Translations under genes and position numbers: made by a program
In this document: positions 1-15,052 of the stretch, piece after piece
How the letters are laid out: every line of letters starts with the position of its first letter
Numbering within the stretch: position 1 is the stretch's first letter
Notes under the pieces: model-generated
What the model saw: only the letters and a program-made list of their open reading frames with translations
Told to the model about the DNA's origin: nothing
Databases searched by the model: none
NCBI GenBank assembly: GCA_012295275.1
Contig: CM022676.1
Location: forward strand, 1,240,001 to 1,304,000
Direction of reading: 5' to 3'
Length of the DNA stretch: 64,000 nt
Source of the DNA: Chrysomallon squamiferum
Taxonomy: Eukaryota; Animalia; Mollusca

Positions 1-248
1 GATTTATGCTAAATCTAACCTAACAGGAAATAATCTCCCTCTCAGAGCTGTACTCTTTCCTGTTATTTTACAATATTAAAGTATTCAGCAATAAGTAACT
101 ATATAGGTTTAAAAGATAAATGGTTTTTATTAACATTAAGCTGTCCTAACGGATCACTGCTTTAGCCACTAATTTTTCATGATTTTAGTATTCTGTATTA
201 TCAGTTATTAGAGACTTTATTATCTAACTATAGATTTGTCCATGGTTT

Positions 249-470
249 TGTGTGTGTGTGTGTGTGTGTTTGTTTGTGTGTTTTGTGTGTGTGTGTGACA
301 GAGTAAATGAGTGAAAGAAAATGTATCATTTTTTGAATATATATACAAAATGTATGTATGTATGTATGTATGTTTCTAGCTATACATACACATACACAGA
401 TAGAGAGAGCAAACAATATTAGATATATAGATAGATATGTACATACTTACATACATCCATACATACATTT
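249..470. repeat. Compound (TG)n/(TATG)n/(CATA)n microsatellite region
   Basis: Direct reading. Confidence 0.9.
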
Positions 471-3400
471 GTAGATATCTGAAAAATGAAATAACGTTTC
501 TTTTAGATTCCAATTTAAATTATTTCTAATTATTTTCAATATAGAAAAACCCCAGAAGGAAACAATAAAAAGAAAATATATCCATATACTAAAAGATATC
601 AAGTATGAAATCAACATATAGTATCTGTTAACCCAGTTTTTCTACCAACACATCTCAGAACTAATATTATAGTTGTTACCAATGAACCTCCTAGACATCT
701 GTCATCTACCTATCAGTAAAAATCAATGATGTGATTTTCTTAACAGATTCATCTGAGACCGATTTCCTTACTTACAGGTAATGCAGTACAATAATTGAAT
801 TTATAAAAATAATGAAAAATATAAAAGAAAAGAAATTTTAAGTTTCACAAGAGAGTAATTATCATAACTGAATGAAACAGAGAAATTACTTTTATTATTT
901 TCTTATTTAATATTAATTTTCCTTTCTGCTTTTCAGTTTGTTTTTTCTTAATCAACTAAATACAAAGAAAAAATATGAAAAATAAACAAAACAAAATTGT
1001 ATTTTAATGTATTACTAACATTATATTATCTTCATTTTTATTTTTTAAAATTCTGTTGTTTGTTTTTTATTGTTGTTTTTTTGTTTTTTATCTTTTCTAA
1101 ATTAAAATATTTCTTTTATTATAATTGTTCATTTTTCACTTCTGTATTTACATCTATTAATAACACTATTTTCTTGCATTTCTAAATCTCTAAATTTATT
1201 CTTACATAATTGCTGAGCAAACCAAAGTTCAGTAATTTCTGCTGATAACAATATACTATCCCAATATAGGTAAGATTATAGAGCAATTAGTAAATAAATC
1301 TCATATTAAACTAATTGACAAATGAGATGATTAATATGAATTAGAATCTGATGGATGGTCATGAAATGACAAGATAACACCCACACAGACACACAGGCAG
1401 CCTGTCACTATAAATCAAGAGAAAAACACTTACAATCACACTAAACATCCAAACAATTCTGCAATTAATTCTCACAGATAATGACTCAATTACTGACACT
1501 TGTTTGCTCTCTCTAATAGTATTTACCCAAATAACTGTCGAGCTTTCATTAACAAGAAAAACCTTTTTGAACAATCACCAGTCAGTAAGTTGTACATATT
1601 TTCCATTTCACATGAAATAAAATAAATTGGAACCAAACTACAATGCAAGATATTTCATTCTGTTTATCAGGAAGGGCTATGCATTTTTTACAACATTCTG
1701 ACCATAAATGTCAGATATGCTGTTTACAGAATGAAAAGTCAAATTAGACTTTGTAAATCTCAACTGGTAAACAACTTTTATCATTGTGCTCAAAACTTTT
1801 GATAATAATAGAGTTGTATTCCTAAAAAGGATCAGTATCACAAACAAGAGGATATGTTCATCGGTCAGATATTTTTCATTTCCTTTTTCAGCAAATGTCC
1901 TTGTATAACAAAGTAAATATAAAGTTTTTTTTTAAGATCTTGATGTATCATGAAGAAAATTTTGAATTAAGATTCATATAATATTTTGACATATTTTTAC
2001 TTGAGGTTTTTTGTTGTTCTGTTTACAGTTTTTAACCATTGGTCAGTTAGTGTTATGGTTATGATTATATATGTGTGGGGGTATGGCTGTGTGTGTGTGT
2101 GTGTGTGAGAGAGTGAACACTTTTATTATAAACATAAAAGATATAATCTGATGCATAATACAGATTTTGTTATTATCATGAAAATTAGAAAACAAAAATA
2201 AATACTAAAGAAAAAATATAAATACAGAAATAAATTTTAAATTAAAACAACAAAAAAACACAAGTAAAATTCATTATACCAAATTATTTTAGTTTAAATT
2301 GGCAGTTGTAACTAATACCTTTCCATGAAAAAAAATATCTTGCCTGAAATGTAATCATCATTTGTAAGTGTCACAAATTTCATTTAAAACAAATAAAAAC
2401 TTCGATTTTAATTTTTTTTCAGTCTTGAAGGAATTCTATAACTGTCATGAGTTTTTTTATTTCTTGCTATTATTCTTTATTTCTTTCTAGTTCTTAAGTT
2501 CCTCTTTTGTTTCTTAAAAAAAAAAAATTAAAAAAAAGTATGAAATGATATTATTTTTTCATTCTACTGAAGCAAGCATCTTTAATATTTTCTGCAATCA
2601 TATTAATGTCATTTGTTTCTGGTTTTACACAAACAAACCTATCTGAATACAATTTATACCAACAAAAAAAAAAAAAAAAAAAAAAAAGAAAAAGAAATAA
2701 CAGAAAAGAAATACACTCAGTTATCTTAACTTAAAACAAGAAAAGGCAATATTTATTAAATAATCATTATTAAATTACTGTATACTAATTTCTAAGTAAT
2801 TCAGTATTATCTGAAAATTTAATAATTCACTAAACATTTCTGTACATGGGGTACAAACAGAAAGCATTGCCATGTTTTATCTATGTTTTAACAATTATAT
2901 TTGTGCACTAACTATTCTTTAATCCAAATCTTACATATGGAATTATCCATATTCTTTCCAATGTAAATGAATTGTTTTGCAAAATATGTTAAACTAAAAA
3001 TACTGATAAAAAATGAAAATAATGATTTTAAAACAATTAGCTGAAGTCGAACATAAGTGATCCTTGGTGCTGCTTATTCAAATGTGACTAATTTGTGGTT
3101 AATTTGTAGTTCTGTGACTGAGTAGCATCTAAAATTATTTTCAAAGTTTTTACAAGACAAATGGTGATGTCTGATAGTTCTCAAATGATCAGCTAACAGC
3201 TTTCTGCCTTGTGTTAAGTAAAGATCATAAAAGCACTGACTGAACATTAAATAAAAATAAAATAAAAAATAAATAAATAAATAAAAAAGACAAAGAAAAA
3301 GAAAGAATGAATGAAAAAAGAACTTTCACCTGTATAAATTATCTGACCATAGCACACCAACAAAACAAACATCAACTGTTTCATTTATCTATGAGTATCA

Positions 3401-4691
3401 GATAACAATCCTTAAGTAGATCATTAGAATATGGAAAGAGCTGTTAATAAAAACTTGGCTGTGCATATAAGTATATGTCCATGATTGACAATGCTATTAA
3501 AGTGATAAAAAAAGAGATGAATGTTAGATTTGGTCTGATAAATGCTAAACCAATCATGATACTTTTTCTCTCTGTAGTCTGTTTTACTTTTTTCTTAACT
3601 TTTCTAAATGTTTCTTTTTCCTTTCAGGTTTACTAATCAAGAAAGAAAAGAGGTTAAAAAAGTCATAAGGAGTAAACAGTGAGAAGAAAAACAGATTAAA
3701 TATATTGAAAATGCTACCTAAAGTTTTTCAGAATATTTTTAAAATATAATTATTTCATAAATGAATTAAAATAATTTTATTTTATATGGATTAAATCCTA
3801 GCTGCAGAGAATATTACTGAATGCTTTCTTACAAAATCATATTAATAGAAACACAAACTGAAAGTAAATATTTGCATATTATAATAACTTAATAATTTGA
3901 CTGACTTTATAAAGTTTAACACTTCTAAATATATACTTGTAGTATCATTTTATCCATGTACATATTTTATAATCTGTAAAAATCTTAATTCTTTTTAAAA
4001 AAAATTTTGTTGCCTTAGCATATATTTGACTAAACCAAATTTACCAGTATTAAAAACATTTCTTCTGTCAAAAATTTCTAAATTAAATTACAGTCCAATA
4101 TAATAAAATTAATTGAAACAGGAAAGAATGTATTTCAAAATCTGTAAATGTGGACTCATCCTATATTAACACTGATCGTAATTTATCATACAGAAAAGGG
4201 CAACAACTTTGTGCTATCATCAGTCACCTCTTCTGGTGGCTGCTAACTTTCTGACCCTGCCAAAATAGACATTTCTTGTTTTCTCTAATCAATCATGGTC
4301 CGAAGCATGCAGGAGAAACAATTACTCTCAGCTGCTTCTTCTTCCCCAAGATGACTCAACCAGATAATTGAGACTTTAATACATTCTAAATGGATTAAGC
4401 TATTACATTGAGAGAAACCCTCAGAGAACATATTCAAATTGGCATGATTTATCCTGGTGTGGGGCACATTAAAACTTGTTTTAGCACTTTATTGTCATTC
4501 TCTTTTTTCTCTTGTTCCCATTTTTTTAGTCAGTGTCTGAGACATTTTTCTTTTTTAGATTAACAGCTATGTCAGTTCTTCAGCAAATTCTCCTATCACA
4601 TTAATAGCATTTAAAAGAATTTAAAATTTCATTCTGTTTAAATTTTTCAAAAGAATACCAAAATATTTTTAGTATTATTACTTCTAAAACA

Positions 4692-4692
<1 letters not shown>

Positions 4693-4749
<57 letters not shown>
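4693..4749. repeat. (TAA)n microsatellite
   Basis: Direct reading. Confidence 0.95.
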
Positions 4750-4750
<1 letters not shown>

Positions 4751-5899
4751 CTACAACTTAAATAAAAATGATTATAAAAAAAAAAAATAAAAAAAATGTG
4801 ATTAAATGATGATTATTTAATGAAATACTAAACGAAAATACTTAAAAATCATCCTTTTTTAGATATTACAAACTAGAGAATTAGAGATAAATATTAAAGG
4901 TATGGATCCAGACCTTCTGTAACTAATCTTCTTATTAAATAAAACTGAATAAGAATCATAACAAAATGTAATATTTTGGCTTCACTGTAGTTAAAAAGGT
5001 ATTCTTATATCACTTGCAAACTTTTCACATCAGTTTGTTAGTCTTACAGTAATTTGTATATTCTTAATGCTGTAAACCATTTATTATTCTGTTCTCATAT
5101 TGGCTTTCAATACATGGTGTTCAGATGATTGCCTGAAGACCAGTACAGTATTTGTTCTTGTTTGTTGACCAATAAGTGTAAACATGCAGACCATTTTCTT
5201 TCTTGCAGAATATTGACTCAGTGTGACTCTACGTTGTAAGTCAAACAACTTACATCTAGTATTGGCATGGTAACATTTGGCTGTGATTGCCAAAATCAAA
5301 TATTTAACACAACACAGAATTGCCAATAGTGGCACAGTTTGATAGTACTAATCAACAAACAAACCAGAGACAAATGATGTACTATTGCATGACCACCAAT
5401 TCTAAGACCAATATTACTGCCAAATCTGTTCTAAGATGAAGTTAAATTGATGGAATCAAGGGAGCCAAGAGTACAATACCTGAAGCAGAACTGAGAGCAA
5501 TGTTACAATCAGTTCAATCACTTATCATTAGGATACACTGAAGTAACACAAACAGGTCAAAGTGACACACATTTCTCAAACTTGTCACTGAAAATCAGGG
5601 CAAAATAAAAGGTTTATACAGAGATGTGTACATAGCCTTACAAGTTGGGGTACTCGGGATAATTTTACATTCATCATAACCAATAACTTCAAACAGAATG
5701 CTTCATTAACATAAAGAGAATAAAAAATTAACATGCTGTTACTTCACATTCCATTTACTAATGAACCAAAAATAATATTTAAAAAACGACAAATTAAAAA
5801 ATACAATAAAAACAAGTTCCAAAAATTTCTGTAATTTAAAAATTAGAAGGGCCATTTATTAGCAATCAATATCCTGACCCCAACCTCTTTAAGAATATA

Positions 5900-5904
5900 A
5901 TATA

Positions 5905-5940
<36 letters not shown>

Positions 5941-5953
5941 ATATATATATATA

Positions 5954-5984
<31 letters not shown>

Positions 5985-6056
5985 ATGTGTTTTATATAGT
6001 CTTTGTTAATTACTTGAAAAGAAAACTCCAACAACAATAATATTAGTAATTTAAAA

Positions 6057-6087
<31 letters not shown>
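5900..6087. repeat. (AAAT)n/(TA)n/(TG)n microsatellite cluster
   Basis: Direct reading. Confidence 0.9.
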
Positions 6088-6089
<2 letters not shown>

Positions 6090-9000
6090 TTCACTTTACA
6101 AATGTTAACATTGAAATTGTGTTGAGCTTCCACTAAACCTAATTTTATACTTTTATTAATTCAGTTAAGATTCTTTGGCCAGAAATAATTTCCATTTTTA
6201 TTTTTTTTTTTATATATATTGTTCATAATAAAAATGCAAAGAAGAAACAAAATACATAAACTATTTTCAGAACTAAATGAACCTATTAAATTTTATAGGT
6301 TCAGATCAATATATTATAATTCCTATCTGCCATTTGATATATCTGAATACATCAAACATTCATTTACAGACTACAATATGTTCGTATGTACTTGTATATA
6401 TTTATATGAATCATTTACACAACACTCAATATAATCACCATATGAGTAGAATCTCTGTAATTGGTTACAGAAATTTCTTTATTTAAAAAGAATAATAATA
6501 ATTTATAAACTACAAACATCAAAAACACCATTCTTCTTTTCTAAAGTTTCTTTTATATGAAAAAAGAGACAAATTAACATAATTTTTGTAATGCTCTGGA
6601 AAGGATCCAAATGTAAATAGAGTAAAGGAATGTTAGCTAAAATAGCCACAATTCTGAAGCTAAAAGAAATACACTATTGAATAGTGTTAATAAATTACAA
6701 TTATTGCTTGACACACTAATATAGTTTCTGTTTAGACAGAGTACTTCATTGGTGGTACAAATACCAAAAATTCACAAAATTATTCTAAATTTTTCATCTG
6801 ATACTGGCAACTAATGCTTGCTAATAATAAAGATATATAAGGAGCCATATTTCCCATTTTACTGTGACATCCCAGAAAGATAATAATTTGGAAACATTGT
6901 GATTGGCTGTATAAAATAACAAAATGATAAAACTGGAAATTACCAGGTACATATGTATCTTATTATCTTATTAATTCTTTTATTATATTTAGAGAGGTTA
7001 ATCATCAAAAATAAATTAAAAAAATAATTTGAAGGTATACAAAATATATTTTTGTCATATAAAAATTATAGTTTATTCCAAATTAGCAAGTCACAGAAAA
7101 TTTTGGTTTTAACTCAACACACCAGTAGAAAAATGTCAGTCTGCATGGTTACTGAAAAGATAATTGATGAGCATCTTCTTCCAGACAACACTGCCTTCCT
7201 CATTCTCACCTTCTGTCTGTCACTACACAAGCATGACCATCCATTTTGAAACCATTTACATACAGTTTTCACATACCTGCTCCAGCTATTTAGGTTCTTT
7301 AAAATCTACCTATTCACAATAAATTTGAGCTTGAATGATGGATAATAAACACTGTCTATCTCAGCTCTAACTGATGGTGATAAGGTCAGCTGGAATGACC
7401 AAGACTGACCATCATAGTCAGAATGGACTGATATCAAGATAGATTGTTTCAGTGTGTATCATTATGGTGAAAAGATTCTAATTCTGAGATATCTGCTGTT
7501 TTGATTAGGGTTTGTATTAAGCTTCTTGGTAAAGATCAAACAATATTTAAATACCAGTCACTGATATTAGTCAAAATCAGATTGTACCAAAGATATTCAC
7601 CTCTAAAAGAAATTTACCATCAAGGTGCAGAGCAACAAGTTATTCACACATTCATATATTATAACAAACATAAGACAGAAGAATATTCATTCCTAAATAT
7701 ATACTACTAGTACCAGTTTCCTAAAAAAACAAATGCACCACAAAAGAAAAGATAATTAAGAAAAATATAAAAAAATTGACAAGTAACTGCATGTATCATA
7801 GGAACTGATGATTACCTTCAGTTTTTAGTTCCTTTTAAAGTATTCTCAGTGGCCAAGTGGTATCATTGTCTGCTTATATCCATCCATCCATCCATAAAGT
7901 ATGTATTACTTGTTTCACTTAAAACTATTCAATGACAAGACAAATATAGAATATTGTACACATGTGAAATAATTGCTGTATCTATATGCTACTTAAACTC
8001 TGTCTACACCATTAAAGCATGAACAATTAAACAAACTGTTTTCCTGCAAGCAATCCCATGCTTATACTACTTCAGACAATATGGCCCATTATTTTAGGTA
8101 AGATAAACATATACATCAACTTTTTTCCTAACATATATAGCTGGCAAAAACTTCAGAAGTAAGAGTCCCATTATATACTGACTTCTGCATTATTAACAAC
8201 TACTACCTTTGAAATTACCTTATATTTATAATACAAATTACACTAATACAAAAATGTACTATTCTATAGTGTATGATACAACTACAACCTGAATTAAATA
8301 CCATTACCCCTGAGATTACATTATACTACATGTACAACACAAATGCTGACATCAAGATCACATTATAGTATTTACATATAATACAATAAGTACCACTAAA
8401 TACTATATGCATAAGATTATAATAATACATTTGCTAATGCTGTATCCAGCATGATAGAGCAATTAATACTGAAGTAGTTATAACTAGTGAAGGTGCAGAG
8501 TAATTAGTTCTACTACATTCAGAATGTTAACAAATATTTTCCATGTCAGGTTGAGAAAATTAATGATTTCTGAACTGACAGACAAAATCTGCAGCTGCTA
8601 TAAAAAGTGTGAATGACGTCATATCTTGGAATGCTGTAGAATATATCCAGTGGAGATGATGGCAAACTAGCAACTGATATTCTCTGATGTTTTTCAGTCA
8701 TAGATTACTGTTGCCTTTGTCAGGACATACAAAGATTGTAGATACCAAGACTATTCAACAACTAAATAAATAAAGCTAGATTATTTTTCAAAGCAATGGA
8801 GGAAACACAGAACATTTTTCTAACACAATAGATAAAGGAAATGGTGAAAAATAACTTTCAGTACACTTGGAAACAAATGTTCAACATGAATAGCATCTGG
8901 AAAATTAACTTCAGAAGGTTATATAAAAAAACCCACCCAAAACATGAATTTATTTATGATGAATTTTATCTCTATATTAATAAGAAAACCAACTTACAAG

Positions 9001-10480
9001 AGCAGTGTGTTTCAAATGTCAGTTCATAAGTACACTTTTAAATTGTAAGTGAAAATACTTAATAAGAAAAAAGAAAACATGAAGAAATATGAAAGATTGG
9101 CACTTTGCCATGTAAAATGTCAAGAAAACCTAAAAATTAATAAATAACAAATAAGAAAAAATAATATTAATCATGATAAGCCTTTACATTACATAAATAA
9201 AGAACAAATGCAAAGAAAAAAAATTCAAAAGTTTTGAATTTTACCACTGCTACTTACTCATAACAGTGAACAAAATTTTCTGAGTTAATGCAGATAAATG
9301 AAATCAGTGCAATGTTTTACACAACTAAATTAATTAAATATAAAGGTACTGGTAATTTATTAAAAAGGAGCACAGGAAGCAGCTGTCTTTTATGATATCA
9401 AGCAGCATGCTGGCAGCAGCTTAATCCGATTAAGAAAATGTTCCTTCATCTAAGATGACTTTTGAGAGATGTAGGGTTAATGTTTGATGTGTATTTTAGA
9501 ACTATCAATGCACTCCTTCCATTTACACCTGTTCATGTGCAGGTGCTTATTCTGTATTAAACACCACCTATTTTGATTTGGTTTTAATATTATTGTTAGC
9601 TTAGTTTTTAAAACCAACAATATGTTTGTTAGAAAATGGCATAGGCAGCTCATTATTGTTATGAACATATTATATCAAGCAATTTATAAAAGAGTGTGGA
9701 AAAATAAGTAATAAGCCAAAATTTACTTGCTAATTATTTTAACAAATTTAACTATATCTTCTTCACATGATGTTCAGTAGTAAAGGTTCCTGTTTGTTAA
9801 ATCTCAAGAAAAAAATGAAAGAGAAATATTAATTAATCAATTCTAATTATTTCTTATGCAAAATAGTCCTTCAGTTTACAGTTAGTAAATAAAATGATCT
9901 AGATAAATATTCTTTTTCAAGGATATTTTACACTTAAATTTCTTTATTTACAGATGTTTATTCAGGATATCTATAGATGTATCCAATACAGGACATGCAA
10001 CTATCATGCATATGTTAATTATTCCAACAATGTCTTTATCAGTCTTAATTAATATTATCAGGGTGAAGAGGGGTGTGTCTCTGTCACCTGATCCATTTCT
10101 CTAAACAATGGGTTTGGTGCCAGGCTTGACTCCAGCAATAACTGATAACCCTGGATAAAAACAATCTGCTATCATTTTCACTTCACCACAGCAGAGGCTG
10201 AGATTTATAACATCATTCATTTAAATAATTTGTTCCAAAATATGCATGAACTGAAAGGAAAAACATACAAAAGGAAACAAAACAAAATAAAATATATATT
10301 TGGTATTTTATAAAAGATGGGCTGATAATGATGTATAGATGGAACTAGATACTTATTTCTTACAAGCAAGTTTTCATAAATACTTAACATATAATTTTTT
10401 TTTTTTTTTTACAACTAACAAATACAAAACAATAACATACCCAAGATATTTAAGTATTTTTCGTTGTTTCTTTTTAAAGA

Positions 10481-10481
<1 letters not shown>

Positions 10482-10526
<45 letters not shown>
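10482..10526. repeat. (TG)n microsatellite
   Basis: Direct reading. Confidence 0.95.
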
Positions 10527-10531
<5 letters not shown>

Positions 10532-13500
10532 CGTGTGTCTATAATTAGATAGTTATCAACATGATAGTAATAACATATTTTGAATTATTTTATGAAAATA
10601 GTTTACAACTTTTAATGAATGCATACTCTGTACATGAAAAACCCCAGTTAACTTCAATACAAGCTGAAAATGATTTGAAAATGAAAAATGCCCTGTAACC
10701 ATTACACAGCTTAATCTAAATAACTTCATCCTAAACCAAATTGTCAAAACATGCAACAGAGAAGTAGGCACCAATATGAAATCTTATGATAAATTTTTGA
10801 AAGGTGATATCATGGAGGTTATTACAGCCACACCAAAGTTATTACAGATATTTACATTAAAGTGTTATTTAAAGATTAATGATGGATATTAAATATTTGC
10901 ATAAAGCAGCTTTCAACAGAAAAAAAATTTAAAACATTTCAGAAACACTTAATAATTCTAAATACTCCCCTAAGGTGCTTTATGAAATTCACAATATCTA
11001 TTAATTCCAAGGCTACTGTAAGCAATCAAGAAGATAAAAAAAGGAAAAAAAAAAAAGATTCCTACCAAAAATCAATAACATAAATGAATTATTACTTCTT
11101 TATATATATATATATATATATATATATCAGGCACAAGAGAGTTACAAAAAAAAAAAATTAAAAATTAGATAATAATAATAATAAAAATAATCATAATAAA
11201 ATATATATAAAATATGGTTTTAAAGTACACAGAATGTTACCTGAAGGAACATATCCTTGATAGAGCACAGTTGAAAAATGGCTTTGATCTTAGTTACTGC
11301 ATAAATCTCAATTGTATTTCACTTTTGGAAACACAACCTGAAGCCCTGTAAGTAATTGTCTAACATATCAGTTACAGATTCTGTAAAAGACATTTTAAAA
11401 CTTTACAAACTTACAAGCTCCATAATCCTTTAACATTCACTTGATTGATTTTATATAAAGTGTTTAATTTTGTGTGCCTTGGCATGAAAATACTGGGATT
11501 AACCTTAAATAACTTATTTGACATGAATTTGACCATTCTAGTAATAAATTTGTAAATATAATTGTTCCAGACAGATATGATGGAGATCAGTTAGTGCAAA
11601 TACAAGAATAAGACATAATAGTGTCATAGATATCAAAACTGAGTTTTGTATATTCAATATGAAACTATTTCAAGAATTTCAAAACAAAGCTACATATCTG
11701 TACTTAAAATAAACAATCCAGTTAAATAACCTTTGTTATGCTGGCTCTGGTGATTATATTTTGTCTTTTAAACTTTAACTAAATAAATTGTTTGTTTGAC
11801 CATTTTCTATTTATTATCTTTCTTTTTTTTTAAATTATATGTATTTGAAATATATATAATTTATTTTATTTTTTATATTTTCTTCACTTGTTTCAATACT
11901 TTTATCTTTTTTCCTTTATATTTTATTTTGTTCATCTGTCAGTTATATAATGTTTTATTGTAGTATGTAAACATATATTCATGCAAATAATATTCTTTAG
12001 TTCTGTTTAGCAGTCTGAAACAGAGATATCTGTAAACATGACCTCCTCTAAAACAAAGAAAGTATTGTTTTGTCATTTATTTTCAGTCAGACGTACCTGA
12101 ATTCAAGCCAATTACCTGAATAAACTGGCAGTCCATTTCCACATGAGTTTTGTTTTAAAATTCCAAAATTAATACTTAAATAACTACATCTTGTTTTCAT
12201 TAAGAATAAAGGAAAGCTTTTAAAACAGCACAATTTAGTTAAGACTTGTAAACATTAGACAACAAAACATTAAAATCAAACTCAACCATGTTACAAGATT
12301 ATGTTCTTTTCAAGACATCCTCTGTAAAGACAAAAATTACTTAACACATTTATCTCTATTTTTAAAATTTAATTTTTAGTTCCTACATTTCTTCTTCTTT
12401 TTTCCCCCATGTATATACTTTGTTTTTCTCACTTTTTTAAGCCTTTCTCTTCCTTCAAGATCCAATTTAATTACTGTTTTCCCAAAGTTATTTCTGCTTA
12501 TTTATTTATTTTGTTTATGTTTTGATTATGTTGTTTTGGGCAGATGTTGTTTGCTGTTTTTTATTTTTCTTCTTCTTCTTTTATTGTTATAAAATTTTAG
12601 ATAATTTTATGTCCATGAAGGCTAATTTGTTTGTTTCTATTTCAGGAAAAGAAAACTGAGATATGATGCTAAATTATTTTACCTCTTTATCAGCTTATTC
12701 CAGATGTTGTAAATAGTAAACACCTGGTTTCCAAAACAACAAATAAATGGTGGCAAGATCTGCATCAGTAAATTTAAGGCATAATTACAGTGATAAACAA
12801 TATACACAAGATTAACACACTGTACACAATGATCTCTGATTACAAGCAACAACTCCACATAACACTAATAAATAAATAAATAAATAAATAACTGTAATGT
12901 TCTTGTTCTTATAATTATTCTTAAATATAAATTTCATACAAATTACTATATTTTGTTATTTTTGTGTTATGTTTTTTTTAATTATTATTATCATTGTTTT
13001 TGCTGATCTTTTTGCATGTATGTTTGTATTTGTGTGAGTGTGTGCATATGTGTGTGTGAGTGCATGCATGTGCCAATATATTTATTAATACAGACTCAAG
13101 CCTAATATACTTGACTTGACAGAAAGCTTTTAAAAAAAAAAAAAATGGTTTGAATGATGTGTTATACACTACAAAAATCTACAATTTTAAACAAATAACC
13201 AGACTACCAATGATAAGTACAGTAATTTCTAAAAGGATTACTGCATTACTGTTAAAGAGCCTAGAGAAAGCCAGGAGAACAAAACAGACATATTTTTACA
13301 TGAGATAACTGAGGTAAAGAGTCCAACCTGTTTGGATAGAATCAACAAAATGTGATCCTGTTCTGTCAGTCCATCTCAATCTTCAGATTACTGAGGGTAA
13401 CAAAACACCATAAAATACATTCTGTGTTAGAGCAATCTCTCTTTTTTAACAGTCAAACTTGTAAAAGTAGATGATCACTGCCAGACAGGTACAGCAATCA

Positions 13501-13973
13501 TTTGTCAGTCTTCAGATTTTGGCTTAGGTTTAAAAAGATTCAAGGTGCTAGTTAGAAATGGCTGTTTAGAACCATAATTGTCTTGAGAAAACCCTTCTAC
13601 TACATATGAATTTAGTCTGATCAAAATATACTGAATAATTAGATCATTATAACCAATACATTAAAAAAAATAATAATAAAAAAAAAAATAAATAAATAAA
13701 TAAATAAATAAATAAATATTAAGAAATATTAAAAATAACAAATAACAAAATTGTATTAAAAAATTAAAATAAAACAATAATAATAATAATAATAACAACA
13801 ATAACAATAACAATAACAATAATAAGAAGATGAAGAAGAAGAAAAACAAAAGAGGGAAACAAAAATCATTAATTAATTGTTCCTTCTAAGTTAATAGTTT
13901 TCAAAATGGCCTGAACATATTGTCATTATACAAATAACATCATTATAATTCAAATGAGATAAATGAAACATAC

Positions 13974-14003
13974 CTGTTGAAGATGTAGAGAATTTCTTTA
14001 GAT
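13974..14003 (-). other. Candidate 30-nt micro-exon of the minus-strand gene
   Basis: ctatttcatttcag|ATCTAAAGAAATTCTCTACATCTTCAACAG|gtatgt; strong sites on both sides; length is a multiple of 3. Confidence 0.5.
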
Positions 14004-14129
14004 CTGAAATGAAATAGTTTTAAATAATTAGTAATTAATTATAAATGAAATCAAGAAAAAAATATTTAATTAAAAAGCAATTTTGCTTTTATGGAACTTG
14101 ATCTTCATTATCATCAGTGATGCTTAGTT

Positions 14130-14161
<32 letters not shown>

Positions 14162-15052
14162 GTAGGGTTTAAAAACATTAAATTAGGACTAAAGTAATGC
14201 TTATAAATCAAAACAGAATAACTATTACATACCCTATGTGTAACAGTTTTATTAATTATTTATTTTCAATATTTTCAATATTAATTTTATTAATCACCAG
14301 AATTAAAATAAATTAAGCAAATTTATAAAATGTCAAAACAGCATGTAATGTGATATGCTTAAAATAGTTTAATAGGTGAAAAAGGAGAAAAAAACATGAT
14401 TTCAGTTAATGTTAAAACAACATTCCAAAACAACTTCTATGTATAAAAAAAAAAAGAGACCATGAAATTGCAGATATTCTTTCTTTGATATACAACATTT
14501 CACCAGATACAGAAACTTAGTAAAATTAGGCCAATAATTTTATATAATTCAGCACAGGTACTGTTGGAATCCAGTTAGTAACCAGTAGCACTAAACCACA
14601 TGGCCTAACAGAAACATATAGAAGCCAGCTTGTAAGTGCTCTGAAGAAAATCTGTTTACTCCGTCAGTAGGTGTCTGGATTTATTGTTGCTATTTAATTT
14701 TAAATTACTTGAAGTACCTATATAGGTCAATGATAAGAATAATAATGTTATACTTCTAAGATACATTTCATACAGTATTTCTGTACATGGAAAATAATAA
14801 AGAATGCCATTACTTTCAAAACTTGCTTATATTTAAATAAATTGTCTGCTGAATCTTTTTTCTTATAATAATGTGTGTTTCTTTTACACACACAAACACA
14901 TACACACATACACAAAGGCACTCCTGCAAACAGCACAAATAAAAATTCTGTAATCATTTCAAAATATATGTGTGTATAAGATTATAAGGTTATTAAATAA
15001 AAACTAATGAAGTAAATGAGAAATGTAATGAATTCTTCAAGATGGTACTCAC

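Noticed and set aside
467-478. 12-nt minus-strand micro-exon (tttttcag|ATATCTACAAAT|gtatgt)
   Set aside because: The donor is supplied by a (TATG)n microsatellite, so it is likely chance; kept only as a note.
5449-5680. Protein-like + frame interrupted by two TGA codons (selenoprotein or decayed TE?)
   Set aside because: No start or splice context, no SECIS seen, no recognisable family.
7165-7310. Possible decayed LINE RT fragment on minus (LEQV...DG...DRR...WKKM)
   Set aside because: Needs several frameshifts; resemblance too weak.
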